A stretch of DNA of 63,993 nucleotides, filler included, from Basidiobolus ranarum (lineage: Eukaryota): NCBI GenBank assembly GCA_040143965.1. It is 5 parts of 5 records of this genome, joined end to end, with 100 filler letters (N's around TTAATTAATTAA, not from the genome) between each part and the next. Parts side by side here need not be neighbours in the genome. Positions count along the whole stretch, not along the records: positions 13,112 to 26,104 come from JASJQH010000509.1; positions 26,205 to 39,196 come from JASJQH010000510.1; 3 more parts are not named here. One strand, written 5' to 3'. Below the pieces are notes generated by a model that saw only the letters and a program-made list of their open reading frames with translations, was not told where the DNA came from and searched no databases. Below are positions 13,786 to 26,959 of the stretch, piece after piece. Numbering within the stretch: position 1 is the first letter of the stretch; each line of letters begins with the position of its first letter. The translations under genes and the position numbers were made by a program.

Positions 13786-15009
13786 TTAAATGTATGTCAT
13801 GACGTGAAGTTTTGCCGAGCTCTCCGGTGGTGGTAATCTCTGCTGTGACTCAGTAAGTGGACTTACTGAAGTACGACGATCCGCCCAACGTATATGTGTC
13901 TCCCTAGTTTCCTCAATAGATTCCAATTTATCTGAAGTGGATTCTGATAGAGAGTCTTTAGTATTGAGCGTATCCATTTGTATGTTATATGAGCTGGACC
14001 AATTGTATGGATCTATGGTTTGGTCCAAGGGATACTGGTCCTCGATTTCATACACCTTCGGCTTGGTAGATTTCTCCTGTTCTTGGTAACTTACGGAATT
14101 CGAAGTGGTAGAGGGGTTTGCTTTGAACAATTGATGTACTGCAGGATCAAATAAAAATACAATAGCGTTGAGAAGTCCCACCATGGCCGGACCTACTGCC
14201 GATAGGAAGTACAAAGTGAAGTTAAGTCTGCGATTCACGAACGTATCAAATTCACAAACACAATTAAATGTCTGGGTGATAATAGGGACTATTGGGTATA
14301 AGATAATTCTACGCATGGCGCGATGGGTTTTTCGATTTACGACGTGCGAGTTAGTATTGGTGTTCTTCTTAAGGTACTTCTCGTGTCGTATAAGTTTGTA
14401 GATCACGAATGACACTGCAAATAGGCAATATATCACCCCGAGAAAAATCCACAGAAATAACGTACAAATCTCCCATATGATGGTATGTATAGTATAGGTG
14501 GCACTATACCAACATGCGCCAACCAAGGGATCAACTTCAAATTGACCGGCAATGACAGGGATAACACTTATGACAAGCGATAGACCGATTGAGAAGGGAA
14601 CATAGAAGCGTTGATATTTCATGACATCGGAGATATCATGCACAAAGATAGCCATCAAATTGAATCCAATTGCGGCTGTCAGAAAGATTGGTAGTAAGGT
14701 GAATTCTACATAACCCCATAGCAAAAAGGCACACGCCTCAGTTGATGTGATCTTCTTTTGTAGAATATAAGCAAAGATACTATACGTCACGTCAGCTAGC
14801 GCAATCCAAAAGGTCAATCTCAACGATAATCGATTCCCTAGCGCTGGCCGATAAAAGCGTATGAAAATTATAGCGCAAACCACAAACACTGCTCCGATTA
14901 GAGAAATCATACTAATTATTGAAGTAACCGTGGCTTTGAGGGCCATTTGTTCCGGAGTTGCATCAAACCTAATTTGTTCCAGAGATGCATCAAACTGTGT
15001 CCGATCCAT
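13786..15009 (-). CDS. 7-TM GPCR, Git3/cAMP-receptor-like class; intronless
   Basis: Seven hydrophobic segments; 'RLSLRLTFWIALAD', Cys before TM3, 'ACWY' in ECL2, 'RRIILYPIVPII', 'GLLNAIVFLFDP'; Ser/Thr-rich tail. Confidence 0.85.
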   Translation of the reverse strand: MDRTQFDASLEQIRFDATPEQMALKATVTSIISMISLIGAVFVVCAIIFIRFYRPALGNRLSLRLTFWIALADVTYSIFAYILQKKITSTEACAFLLWGYVEFTLLPIFLTAAIGFNLMAIFVHDISDVMKYQRFYVPFSIGLSLVISVIPVIAGQFEVDPLVGACWYSATYTIHTIIWEICTLFLWIFLGVIYCLFAVSFVIYKLIRHEKYLKKNTNTNSHVVNRKTHRAMRRIILYPIVPIITQTFNCVCEFDTFVNRRLNFTLYFLSAVGPAMVGLLNAIVFLFDPAVHQLFKANPSTTSNSVSYQEQEKSTKPKVYEIEDQYPLDQTIDPYNWSSSYNIQMDTLNTKDSLSESTSDKLESIEETRETHIRWADRRTSVSPLTESQQRLPPPESSAKLHVMTYI

Positions 15010-18000
15010 TGCTAATAAACGTTTGAAAGGTATGAAGAGCTAACAAGTATGCTCAGTCTGCTGGGGATTGCTTGGATTTATATATAGTCCCCCATCCAAA
15101 ACATCTTAGCATAATCTTTACAATCTATATCTGATTTATTACCTATATTTGAACGGATAGTTTATCAGTAATCTAATCTTGGGAACATTACAGCTTAAGC
15201 CATTGTACCCGCCCCAGTGATATTAGATTTATTTTAAGTTGGTATGGGGTGGATTCTGAATCATGTGCGAGGTTCATCAGCTTTGTACACTCTAAAATTT
15301 CCACTTTTAAAATACAATTGGCCAAGACGGCTATTTCCGTAAGAATAAAATGCGAGCACACTTGACCCTATACGCTACTATGCATATATCAGCTGACCTG
15401 AGTTTGAGTCGAATATGCTAAACCAGCAAACGTCAATTATCTTCTGCGATAGCAAGATATACATAAACCCTCTAATTCATAGCACTCACGAGGAGGCATT
15501 TTGAGTAAGGTAATCCATGTTTTGGACGAAGAGAGTAGTACCAACATTAAACTGCATCTACACTCCACTCTATGTAACCGTTGTATCAATCCCATCGCGT
15601 AGCAAATATTTATGCACGCCAAGCTACACGCTGGCAAAGTACAACCAGAAATCGGAGTTTGATACAGTTGGAAAAGGCCATCTTTCTCCTTCCCATTCAC
15701 ATCACATGGAAACCAATGTGTATCACTGGCGATGCGCCAATTGAGTGCTGGCAATATGGATTCAACAGGTATTTCGCGCTCTGTGTAACAAATGATGATA
15801 ACCTTAAAAACCGGTATGAGCATGGACGATTGGATGAATCTTTGAATGAAAAGAGATCAAAAGGCCAGGGATATTCCTACTCCACCGAGCTCATTCCCGC
15901 TCACCCATACGATTCACAACTTGTTAGTATCTGCAGGCCAGTACTCAATTCTCCCATTGGTTTAGGATTGTAGTTGGATATTCGAGCGTTTCTTTCGTGC
16001 CGTAATGCCAAAACTTATCCAGTAACCAAGTCCGATTAGGCGCAAGAAAGTGAGCCAGTCTGTTTCTGGTATGAGTTACCAATCTACCATGTCGTGATAT
16101 TTTTTTAAGGTCACAAATGCTGTCAATCTTTAGGGATCAGGTGATGGGTATTTGTGATCTGGCAAATGGCACTCAAGTGGAATATAGTCCTTAAGGTAAT
16201 CTCAAGGCTAAGATTCATGAATCAACTCGATCAAACAATGGAGCTGTTCTGAGCCTCCATCGCACAAAAAATATGTTTCTAATTGTTATTGCCGTGATTG
16301 ATGGCGTGCTTGGAGTATTCTTTGTAGCAAATCAACTTCGCAATGCCTATATCGGGCTTTCTGAAGATAGGAATTGGTCTATCAAAAGTGATGTGGTCAG
16401 ATGGTGACTATGAGCTTTCATCGTCACTCTGCCTAAGTTTGGTGATGTCGCTGTATAACTAGTAGAATAATGGTATATAGCCAACCCAAGTTAAGCATCG
16501 TTTTCAAATCTGCTCCTTTGAACTATTCTTCCATTATCCGAAAAAGATTTGTTAGGCTTTCCTAATGATTATTGTCACTCTGGTGAATCAGAATTGCCTC
16601 CTAAAAGTCATCGGGAATGCAACAAATGTCAAAAATCAACTACTAGTGGGTTTGGGCTATATCACCTGGATATTAGAGAAACCAATGGGCTCGTGACTTC
16701 TCGTGATACTATCTCCAAGTACTAGGTAACATGAAGAGTTTTCCAGATACGCTCAACCAAGCCAACGTATTGCGCTCTCTGAATAACTGGTTTAGCCAGC
16801 ATGAAGGAATAATATTGAGTTTCATTTACGACTAATGGCAAAGCTGTCAATGGTTCGTCAGAGATAAACATCGTCAGTGACACGAGAAAAAAAGAATCTC
16901 GGTGGCAGTAGAAGCGATAACATCATGAGATGCTATTCCAAAGTAATGAAAACCTCGAGGGAGAGTTCGGAGATGAACCAAGGGCTTTTACCGTAGAGTA
17001 ATCGAAGTCGTCAGATTTACTGATTTGGCGTCATCGAGTATCACTGGAAATGGATACAATAGTTCAATCCAGTCTCCAAGTGCTCCATCGTAAAGGATCT
17101 TAACAAAATCATTTCGACTTACATCTATTTGCCCGTACATCTTCGCCCCGTACTCGACCGGCCTTCTTCATGGTAACTATCATCACTGATGCGGGTCATC
17201 TCCAAGCTTAACATACACATGGACTTTTTACCATCTGGAACCAGAGAATTCTTATCTATTGTTTATTTTGGACCTATTGAAATTTCGAGGGGCTTATCAA
17301 AGCACTTGGTTGAAGTTGTCGTAGTATCAGAATGCTAAACCAACAATTTATTCGTGTAACTCAATATGCAGGATGTGTTACCGATCAGTGCATAATAGCA
17401 AGCAATCTCTGTTTGTTCGACGGATGCTTTAATTGAAATTCATCTAATCGAACAATTGGCCGGACCAATCTCTAACATCATAAATCAAGTTTTGTCTAGT
17501 TTCAGTAAAAAAAGGGATTCTCATGAGCCACAGGCGAGTTTTGGTTAGAGCCATTATCAAATTCGTAATCCATAGTAATGATACAATGGTGGGAACCAGT
17601 AATTATCAGCATGAACTTATTACTGCAATGTATTTTATCCCCTACCAGCTATGCTGAGTAATCTCTTTATCACTCCAATAATAGTATACAACTGCACGAC
17701 AACAATGCTGTGAAGTTATCTAGATATAGAGAGTATTTGTTCTCGCTCTCTAGCACGAATTCAGATATATTTGGTAGCTCATTGGCCTGTTAGTAAATAC
17801 CTGAATTAACAACTCTTCGCGTACTTTGTTGAATTGATATTGCAGCAATTCATCAAAGTCAAGTAGTTTTGGCGCTCTCAAACTCTTTATCGATGTATTC
17901 ATTTGTGTAGCTACTTGAGCGATTTGTGTAGAGTGTCACTTGAGGTTGTCTTCCAGATTGGCCACATTATGTTCACCTACTTCAGGGTTGAAGTTGATAA

Positions 18001-18834
18001 CGTTTCTTATTATCGTGCATTAGTTTCAAATGATGCCTGGGAATTTTATTTTCCTCTGAGGGAAGGAAAACCTGCTTTATGATACAGGTTATTTTTCTAT
18101 CATAAACACGTTTACGAAAGCTAAACCCAATGTTCCTCAAGAGTAATTGTCATCCATAGAAATATGAACTTCAGTTGACGTATTCATTTTTTTCATAGAA
18201 TCTCGGAACTATGCATTACATTTTAGAGGATAGAAAAGAACCATACACCTTGTTAAATGCCACTTTCATGTATATTGTTAAGGTAACTAAATTCAGGTTA
18301 AACTTATATCCTTGATATTGTCCGCCAACTTACACTGGTTCATAGTTACCAACTGATTACGTATTATTCGTAGTTGAACTTCGATACTTCATTGTCTTCA
18401 AGTGAAGTAATTTCCCTAACTGGTAAACTCGAAAGTCCCACACAATCTTCCACTCTCTATAGTACTGAATGTTGGCTAAGCAAAGAGATTCCATCGAATA
18501 CAACTTAGCGTACAGTTGAGATGTGAAATGACTAGTTGAAATTAGAAATAAGTTTACTTTTATTCTCATTTATGTTTCTTCGGGTGCACTCGCACCATCA
18601 ACGAAGATATCCAATGGTGATAAACGACTCTAGAAATACGATAGAATGAGTGGAAGGTTCTATATTACAAAGTATTTCGGGTAGAGAAACTATTTTATGG
18701 TAATATCAGTGTATAAGGGTTTGGTAAATTAGCAACGGGCTGGTAGGTTAAATATAACTTCTTTTAAGAGTAGGTAAAGGTGTATTTCTAAACAATCATC
18801 GGGAGTTCTACTAGTTCCCGAATGTATAGTGAAC

Positions 18835-19671
18835 TTAGCGAGTAATAGCACTGAATCCAAAATATTTGGGGTCAACGATGATGAAAGCCATAACGGATGC
18901 TACAGAAAAAATAGCAAATATTATACAAGTAACACGGTTACGACGGCGCCATGTGTAGTCTTCCCCTGTGGTTTTTACTTGAGCAGGAAGATAAAATGCG
19001 CCATAAACCCATGCAGGGAAAAATAAGAATCCAATATAGAACAGAACTTTAGCAACAGGTCGAGGTTTTACATGCGTCTCGGTCATAGAATTTCGATGGT
19101 TCTTCTTAAGTTTGGTAGGTTTTAACTCGTCAAGAAAGGAGTCGAGATCGATTGAGGAGGTAAAGGAATCAAATTTAATAGCATAGAGAGCTCTATAAGG
19201 ATCAAAGTCCTCTTTCAGATTGTCATCACGACTGCAGAGTGATTTCTCATCGAACTTCCCTAATCGTTTTAGGTCCGGAAAGCTGGATCGAAACAACCCT
19301 CTATTTTGAGTGTCAGTTCTGGGATGAGAGAAAGTGTAACTGGAGTTGGTCATACTGCTATCAAAAGATGATTTCGACACAGATATGGAGCCCCTATATA
19401 GCTCAGTATCGACTCCTTCATAATCAACTCTGGATGAGTCCACTGAATATCTTCTCACATTTTGGACTGAATCACCAAGCACATCGGATGTTTGGGCCTC
19501 ACATTTGAAGCCTGGACTGCTGGAAATTTGGATTTCCTCAATATCTGCATCATTTTGTGAATATGATGTCTGTGCCTGAGTAGGCTTTGTCAAAAAACTC
19601 TTGGTCTTAGTGTGACTGGTAGTAGAGAACCCAGAATCGACAGATTTTTGTGGATTATGCACGTAGGCCAT
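18835..19671 (-). CDS. Hypothetical protein: Ser-rich disordered N-terminus plus C-terminal membrane module
   Basis: 278-aa ORF ending 'LFYIGFLFFPAWVYGAFYLP..WRRRNRVTCIIFAIFSVASVMAFIIV'. Confidence 0.75.
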   Translation of the reverse strand: MAYVHNPQKSVDSGFSTTSHTKTKSFLTKPTQAQTSYSQNDADIEEIQISSSPGFKCEAQTSDVLGDSVQNVRRYSVDSSRVDYEGVDTELYRGSISVSKSSFDSSMTNSSYTFSHPRTDTQNRGLFRSSFPDLKRLGKFDEKSLCSRDDNLKEDFDPYRALYAIKFDSFTSSIDLDSFLDELKPTKLKKNHRNSMTETHVKPRPVAKVLFYIGFLFFPAWVYGAFYLPAQVKTTGEDYTWRRRNRVTCIIFAIFSVASVMAFIIVDPKYFGFSAITR

Positions 19672-21927
19672 TGGGAGGGATTTGGTGTATTTGGGTAATT
19701 CGACTTGGGAGCTATTTCAATCAAAGTTCCGCTGATAATGGAATATTGGGATTAAGGTGAGAGAAAGAATTGACACTATAAATGATAAATCTGTGTAAAG
19801 AAAACCATTACCAGATGCTTCAAGAAGTGAGATTGACGCTGTACAGTAAATATTTGGCTGAAATCACTTTGCAACACTAGTTTGTTTTTGACAGCAACTT
19901 TGTTCGACAAATCACGGTTAAACTGAAGAAGTAAGGGGTGGAAAAGAGAAAAGGTTAAAGTGGACTAGTCTTGATAACTCAACAATAGTGTCTACGAGTG
20001 TATATAAAATGATCAATACCTGACTTGAAAACGATCACTCGGAAGATAAGGAGTTGATTGAGAGAAGAATGTTCACAATCAAAATAAAAGGTGCTTGTAA
20101 GCTATCTTATATTGGCGTCGTATGGCCTCGGTAAAGATCCAGCTCTCCCGATAGAAGGATAGTTGACGGATTTTGTTTAGTGCAGATGCGGTGTGGAGTG
20201 TGCCTGTGTTATTAAACTGTTGGTGTTTTTACTTTACATGTCTGCGAATAACAGTGCTTCAAATGGTATTTGGTGTTTGATTTTTGTTTAAATCGTAGCA
20301 TCAGCGATATATTTATTCAGTTTCATAAGCTACAGCCGTTGGATGTTTCCATGAAGTCAGAGCTACCCCAGCGAATCAGTTATTGCGCATGCAAATAGTT
20401 ATATGGACCGATACAAAGATTGTATTATAAATTCCTTTTATGTTTTTCGAAGAGAGGTATTGGTAACATCAGAGTCTAGCCTGAGGACATGCAGGGCCTG
20501 AGAATCACCAATGGATATCCCAACGTTGGCCACCGAACTTTTGAGGTGCGATGGAATGAGGCAATCAAGTATCGATGATTTCTCTTCAGTTGTCTTTCTG
20601 TTGATCGAATGCAATGGAAATGTTACCAGATCCCTCACTTACGATGAGATCATATGACTCAAGTATATAGTATGGTGACTGAAAACCCTTAAGAGACTGA
20701 CAGCATCTAATACTCTATATGTTGAACTTCTTGATACTGTTTGGTATATCAGAAACAGATTCTGCGAATTTCAAGTATATTTAATTAGCAACTAGAGCTT
20801 GGAATATCCTGAACTTTAAAACAGAATGAATCAAGCATAATCTTCATTATATCATTCTAACCAAGATACCTTCGCAAACAAGGAACCTCTGCTGAAGTAG
20901 AATATCAAGTATCCAGTCAATTTCATTTGAAAGCTTTGCAATACTAGAAGTCGTCACATCCATGAGGCGGGTAAAGCTGAATAAGCAAGGAGCTTAGTAC
21001 GCCTGCTGATTAGACTGCAGCTATTAGTTGGTATTCGTCGCCATGGAAACTTGTGGGAAAGTGCGATCCGGTGGCGCATATGGTATTGCAAGGGCTTGCC
21101 ACTTCTCTACTGCGAAGTCGCATCCCGTTGATAGGTATTGGTTCAATAACAATAGTCACATTTCAATCAAATCTTGCATTACTACGTGGACTGCCGGCAC
21201 CAACTTATGTCTTATGTACGTCATAGAAAACTGGTAAGTATTAAGATTTTTTGTGCCAACCAGGACCATCGCCAATGATCTAGATATGTAGATTCACTGT
21301 ATTTATGTCCCACGTTTTTAACCTAATACTTCTATTACACGATTGGCATCGTATTCTCTCCCAATGAAGATGCTCTTCACTTATGAAACACCTCACGATG
21401 ATGGTAGGATAGAAGTGCATCGTCGATAAAAATAAGGACACTTTGGTATGGGTATGGAATCTAGCAATCCTACTAGGATAGATCCTCTTAAACTTGTGTA
21501 TTAAATATGGAAGCATAATTTTACGCCCATTGACTGGCAAAGTTATATGTCAAATGACAGGCTCAGCTGTTGTACGGAAATAGCAGAACAGTCCCTTCAA
21601 TTAATCGTGATGATAGAAACAAACATAGCGAGCCCAAATTATCAACAACCATTTTGTGGGCATTCACGATCAAAGTTTCATATCTCCCTGTTGGTGGATG
21701 AGGATTCTATAAATCAAGCTCCAAGTACTTGAGCTAAACGATATTAATGAAAGCTAACTCAAATCGGCTTTCGGGGATTATCGTGGAAATATCTGAATCC
21801 TCAATTTACAATTATGATGAGTACGCATTCCACGTATATGCTCACGTTGAAGCTAACACACATTCGTGGCACCTATCGGATACTTCAATAAATACCTCTC
21901 ATTTCTCCTATTAGCTCCTCAGGAAGC

Positions 21928-22943
21928 ATGCCCAATATTATTTTAAAGACTGCTATTTCACTGGGACTTGATCTTAAGCCTCATGTTCTAGAACGAGCCC
22001 AATGTCTACTCGAGGAAATGGACATCCTACCATTGGGGTTAGTCATGCCAAATTCCCACATTGCTAAACCAGTGATATGTTTGCAACTATCTTGCGAAAG
22101 GTAGGATTTCTTTTCAAAGGATTTTTGTATGTATATGTTTACCACCAATTTTTTACAGTTTAAGAGAAAAATTTACGCAGCATGTAGCATACACAGTTAC
22201 GAAACTGTCTCCGTTTACATATACTTGCTCTCTAAACAATATCCGCTTCACACTTGGTTTTGATATGACCTTTTTACACAGAATAGTTGATGGACTTCCA
22301 TGTATGAAACCTCATATGCGGCATGATACGCAGGAAGTTTACTATAGCTTTAGAATCAATTATTCCAAGGAGCTTCGAAGAATAGGGCGCATAGTAAACT
22401 GGACATCCCCAAAATACGCATATGTCATTGTCTATGTCTATTGCCAGCTACTTTATCCGAACATTTTAAAATCGTACCTATTACAAAAGTGTCGAACTCA
22501 AATTCCAAGATTTGATAAAACTCTAGAGCTAGTAAGAAACTACTCTAGTGATATTCTAACCCATTTACAAACTCAGGCCAACCCAATGTTACATAGAGGG
22601 AAACATGACTTTAAAGATTGCCCCCATACCACTCCTGAACGAAAAAGTTCATGCTCTCTTGCATCAGATCCACCTTCTGAGAAACCTTTCAATGAAAATC
22701 AAATCGTTTCACAGGCGATCTCCGTTAAAACCGATCCGTTGGAGAACTTTTTGGAAAAACCTGAAAGTCCCAGGATATTAAATATTCCAAAAGCTATGGT
22801 TGACAAATAACCACATTCGTTTTGATTTTAAGACCCACTAATACCTTTTACTGTAGATCACAAATGTTTACTACAGGGATACTCAGGAGTACCGTGACTA
22901 TCTCATCTGGAAGCGTGACAAGGTCAGACACCATACTGGTTGA
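21928..22943 (+). CDS. ORC6: ORC6-like origin recognition complex subunit (3 exons; introns 22101-22158 and ~22799-22856)
   Basis: N-terminus 'MPNIILKTAISLGL..VLERAQCLL..IAKPVICLQLSCE' splices in frame into the 22265 ORF. Last exon 'YRDYLIWKR' resembles the ORC6 C-terminal DY..WK motif. Confidence 0.68.
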
Positions 22944-23541
22944 GATGAGCATGTTTTAACATCCTCAATCACCAGTTCGTGGGATTTGCAAAAATGGCTA
23001 AATATTGAACAGTTGCACTGCCTCCCCCTCCAATATAATTGCTTCTATAGAAGAAAAGTGAGTTACGTCATATACCTCAATTTAAGCTAATTGTCGGAAA
23101 AAAATAAGATGGCTATTTTTAAAATATTAGTCAGTGACCAAAAAACTAAATGAGCTCACATCTACGACTTGTCTACAGGGATTTGTTCCTGAACTCAACT
23201 ATTCTTACATTAAAAGAATATTTATTTCGGAACATTCGGATGTCAAATCGTTATGACATGGCATATTCTTCAAAAATGATCGAGTGTATCGCTAAACGAT
23301 TCCGGAGATGGAGTTGAAGAGTGTAGTCATATTTGTCACCATACGAATACTTCTCATATACATTTTGACCTTTTTGGTAGTTAAATTCTCATAAATCGGT
23401 GTGAACTTTGCCTAGTGTCTAGTAGAAGTTTGTTTCGCAATAACAACCAAAAGAACAATATGTTGGCTACCTATAAATATGGTAAGGGATTTATTATATT
23501 TATATTACGACTACTTCAAATAGTTGAGTTATTGAAGCTGA

Positions 23542-24553
23542 TTATTTCTTCATAGCTTTGCGTTCGGCTACCCAACTTTTAACTTTGTCACCTCCAAATA
23601 CAAGACACACAGTCTGCCAAATCCCAAGTCCTATGCGAGGAGTAACCCCACGATAGAATCCTTTTAATCCATGAGATTGATAAATATACTTAGCAGCTGA
23701 GGAGATCGTTAATTTCTCCGGACGGCCCGGACTTTTAATTTGTGATTGCATCTCCACCCGGATAACTTCGATAGGCTGATTCCAGCAAGAAAGTGCACCA
23801 GCCACAGCAGAGGCACCAATTTTTTCGGCATTAGTGAGTGGAGCAAATTGGTCCGTATTTTTACGAAACTTTAGAATCATGTTTTCGGCAATACGCGATA
23901 ATCCAAGACGACTACCCCAATTGGTGCATTGACGTAATGCTACCGCATTTACTCCCTTGTTGATTCCCCGAATTCCCTCCTTTCGAACGACATCTCTAGC
24001 AACTGTCCAAGTGGATTTTGAAGGGCCTGCTTCTTTTTGACGAGTAATTTCCACAGTCTTCATAAAAGTACAAAATCCCATAGTAAAATAGGCTTGAGCC
24101 AAACCTCCAGTCATTCCACCAGCAATACCCGCAGCACCTGGTGAAAATCCCCACGAGTTCATATAATACTCAACCTCTGAAGCGGTAAACAAAAGAGCAG
24201 CCCCCTTGGTACTGGCCTCAATCCACGCCCACGGAATCAGACATTGATAAAAACCAGTGAATCCACCTCTTTGCCAAGTCTTCTTGACAGCAGTCGCAAG
24301 GCTGTCATTTCGATTAGCAGCAAGATGGGTTTTTAATACTTCAAAAGGTTGACTAAGGGTGGTTACTTCGAATAAAGTTACTCCAGCACCTATACTTTAA
24401 TTTAAGTGTTACTCTAAGGGAAAACCAAAAACAAGCAAGCATTATTTGAATTAGAAATAATTACCCTAAGTTAGACCAAGAGATTGGTTTTTTAGCAGTT
24501 GGTGCTACAATGGGGACAGAACCAGAAGATAGAGAAGCGGAAGGAGTTGACAT
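23542..24553 (-). CDS. YHM2: Mitochondrial citrate/2-oxoglutarate carrier, Yhm2-like (SLC25); 2 exons
   Basis: 'KKPISWSNL..FEVTTLSQPFEVLKTHLAANR', 'LIPWAWIEASTKG', 'MGFCTFMKTVEITRQK', 'GVNAVALRQCTNWGSRLG', 'WNQPIEVIRVEMQS'. Confidence 0.93.
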
Positions 24554-26104
24554 AGTAGCCCTACTTAACGTGGTTATTATAACGTAAGATTTTTTCCAAG
24601 AATTACTTGACGATATGTAGAGTCTAGATAGCTTTCACTTCAAGTAAAATGGCCCCAGGTTGATAAGAAAACTGATGACTCTATGTACACCGAACGATAA
24701 AAGGGGCTTATTAGCATTTAAGAGACTCAGGGGAGAGGGGTTTGAGTCCCAGAAAGTAAATGTTCCAGATTCCTGATAGTTATTACGAGGTTATCACATC
24801 ATAAAAACAAGTAATCAAAGTGGATGAAACAAACCGGAAGTCCTTAAGTAGGCTTCTGAGTGACGGCGTGCAAATCATAAGCCATTGTTATTGCAAACCT
24901 ACGCTCTTTACCCAGGGACAGATTTATATTACCTAATTGGTGTTCTCGGAATGCATTAATCTAACTCACTCATTGTCTAGGCCACCTGCTTTGAGGTGAA
25001 TTCTTACCATCTGACCCCGGGTAATTCTACACTTGGCTAAAATTGAACAGGTTATCCACCGAGTCAAGACAACTTTTGATAACATGTGAAGGTCCTCCAA
25101 AATCATGCCGACTTAACGAATTCTCAGATTCAACCACCAAAAGTCATTGACCCAATCGCGCATCTCTGTATACTCTGTTGTTGCGGGGAGATGTGTGAAG
25201 AGTGAGGATAGCATAATACGAGGAACCCTGGCATCATCAGATTCTCTTTGCAATTGACAGACCGGGATATATCGTGGACAGTCATCTGTACCAGTGAAAT
25301 AGTGACAAAACAAGTACACTGTGGCCGGGAGTCAATTCCTCCGGACCTTGAGGAGAGACACAAATGAAAGGCTCAATCTGAAGTATAAATTTGATGGTTT
25401 AAAACATCTAAATAATAAGAGCCACTTGGAAACTGTACAATATGAATATACACTCGAAGTCTTAGATAATGATTATTCTTAGTTCGTAGCTATTGACTAG
25501 CATCTGATTAAATAGAAACGATACATGTAATATTTTATGCGGCCGCCTGTTTCTTGTGACCCTATTATAGGCTATACCGTGGTTGTTTGCGGATGAGTAA
25601 ATAGGTTGCAAATTATGATTGAATAAACGTCAGCATCGATGATGCAGCGACACTACATCCAGATCTGAACTTAAGCGGTGTATTTGTTGGCCGGAGACTC
25701 CAATGGTTGGATCTCCTTCGAGTTTATTCTGAAGAATGCTACCATGTATGGGCATTCGAATGGACATTCTAGTTGGATCAGGTGGAAACGCCGAAACCCA
25801 CGACTCGACAGAATTTAGATTGAGCGCATAATAGAGCGGAGGGCATTGGATATGACTGTTAACTTGTGATATACTTTTTGTCAGGTTGAAACTCATTGGC
25901 CGATTGTTGTTCAAATAGGAATTTTTTCAGGTAACAAGTCGGTGAGTAAAGGGATAAACACCACTACCAAATAACTAATCATAGAATTGGATTGAACTGC
26001 AGGCAACGATCGAGTTAATAAAGAAGTATAAAAGACCAACACCAGATGTTCAAGTTATCAAACAATGATTTCTGTTCACACACAAGGTATTGGTAATATC
26101 CTCC

Positions 26105-26204
26105 NNNNNNNNNNNNNNNNNNNNNNNNNNNNNNNNNNNNNNNNNNNNTTAATTAATTAANNNNNNNNNNNNNNNNNNNNNNNNNNNNNNNNNNNNNNNN
26201 NNNN
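26105..26204. other. Artificial contig linker
   Basis: N44-TTAATTAATTAA-N44. Confidence 0.99.
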
Positions 26205-26252
26205 TGATTAAAATCAAATCTAACTTGAGGATTTTATGATGGTAAGTAAAAG

Positions 26253-26400
26253 GTCAATCCCAGATTGATTAAAATTCAGACAGTTTTCTGACATTAACAA
26301 TCCTCAAATGTCCATTAGGGTAAACAGTCAATCCCAAATGGATTCAAATTGTGATGGTTTTCCTACAATAACAATCCTCAAATTTCTGTTAGGGAAAAGT
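26253..26400. repeat. Degenerate tandem repeat, two ~74-bp units
   Basis: 'gtcaatccca.at.gatt.aaatt...aacaatcctcaaat.tc..ttaggg.aaa' starts at 26253 and again at 26327. Confidence 0.75.
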
Positions 26401-26404
26401 TAAG

Positions 26405-26959
26405 CTTATTTTCAGATATTTGAGAAGTATTGAAGATAAGTGCTTAAAGTAGACATATTCTAGATCAAGCTTTGATCTAATGAGACTCCCCAATGCAAAT
26501 TGGGGGAGAGAGATACAAGACAAGAGATGTAAAACAGGAAGTACAGTTTTTATTGAAATGGAGTTACCTCTTAGAATTCAAGGAAACAACCAACTGTAGC
26601 ACTTGCATAAGAAAAGCAGAGTACATGACTGCTTGTGAAGCAGCAAAGGAAGCAATGCTGTTGAGAAAACTCATGACAGGTTTGGACAATTTGGAAAATT
26701 CTCTAATAACGATATTTAAAGATAATGAAAGTTATGTCAAATTAGCTACATATCCCATGCTTTATACCAGAAGCAAATATATAGGTTTTCAAGACCATTT
26801 TATTAGAGAGATAATAGAGAATATGTTTACTGACTTGACTTATAGTGCTACAGAAAAAATGATCTCTGATATTTTAACCAAAGCATGAGCTAGGCAGAAA
26901 TTTGAGAAACTTAGGCCTTCCTGAAGATTAGTTTATATCACTATTATGTTGAGGCAGAG
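26405..26959 (+). mobile_element. Degenerate Ty1/Copia pol 3' end (RT end/RNase H) with polypurine tract
   Basis: 'FRYLRS', 'ANWG', 'KAEYMTACEAAKEAMLLRKLM', 'ITIFKDNES..LA', 'RSKYIGFQDHFIRE', 'TEKMISDILTKA'; PPT-like TTGAGGCAGAG just before the LTR TG. Confidence 0.9.

Noticed and set aside
15437..15973. Three overlapping 75-130 aa ORFs
   Set aside because: No recognisable motif or consistent splice model; possibly decayed sequence.
24703..24750. GGGGCTTA..GGGTTTGAGTCCC: tRNA-like T-arm or RNase MRP CR-V-like words (GGGGCTTA also near 7320)
   Set aside because: Too short for a cloverleaf, no D or anticodon arm, and no matching CR-I/P4 partner at a plausible distance.
25775..25800. GGTG-GAAA-CGCC-GAAAC, resembling hammerhead stem II plus GAAA
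   Set aside because: Upstream word is TGGATCA, not CTGANGA; no stem III or cleavage triplet.
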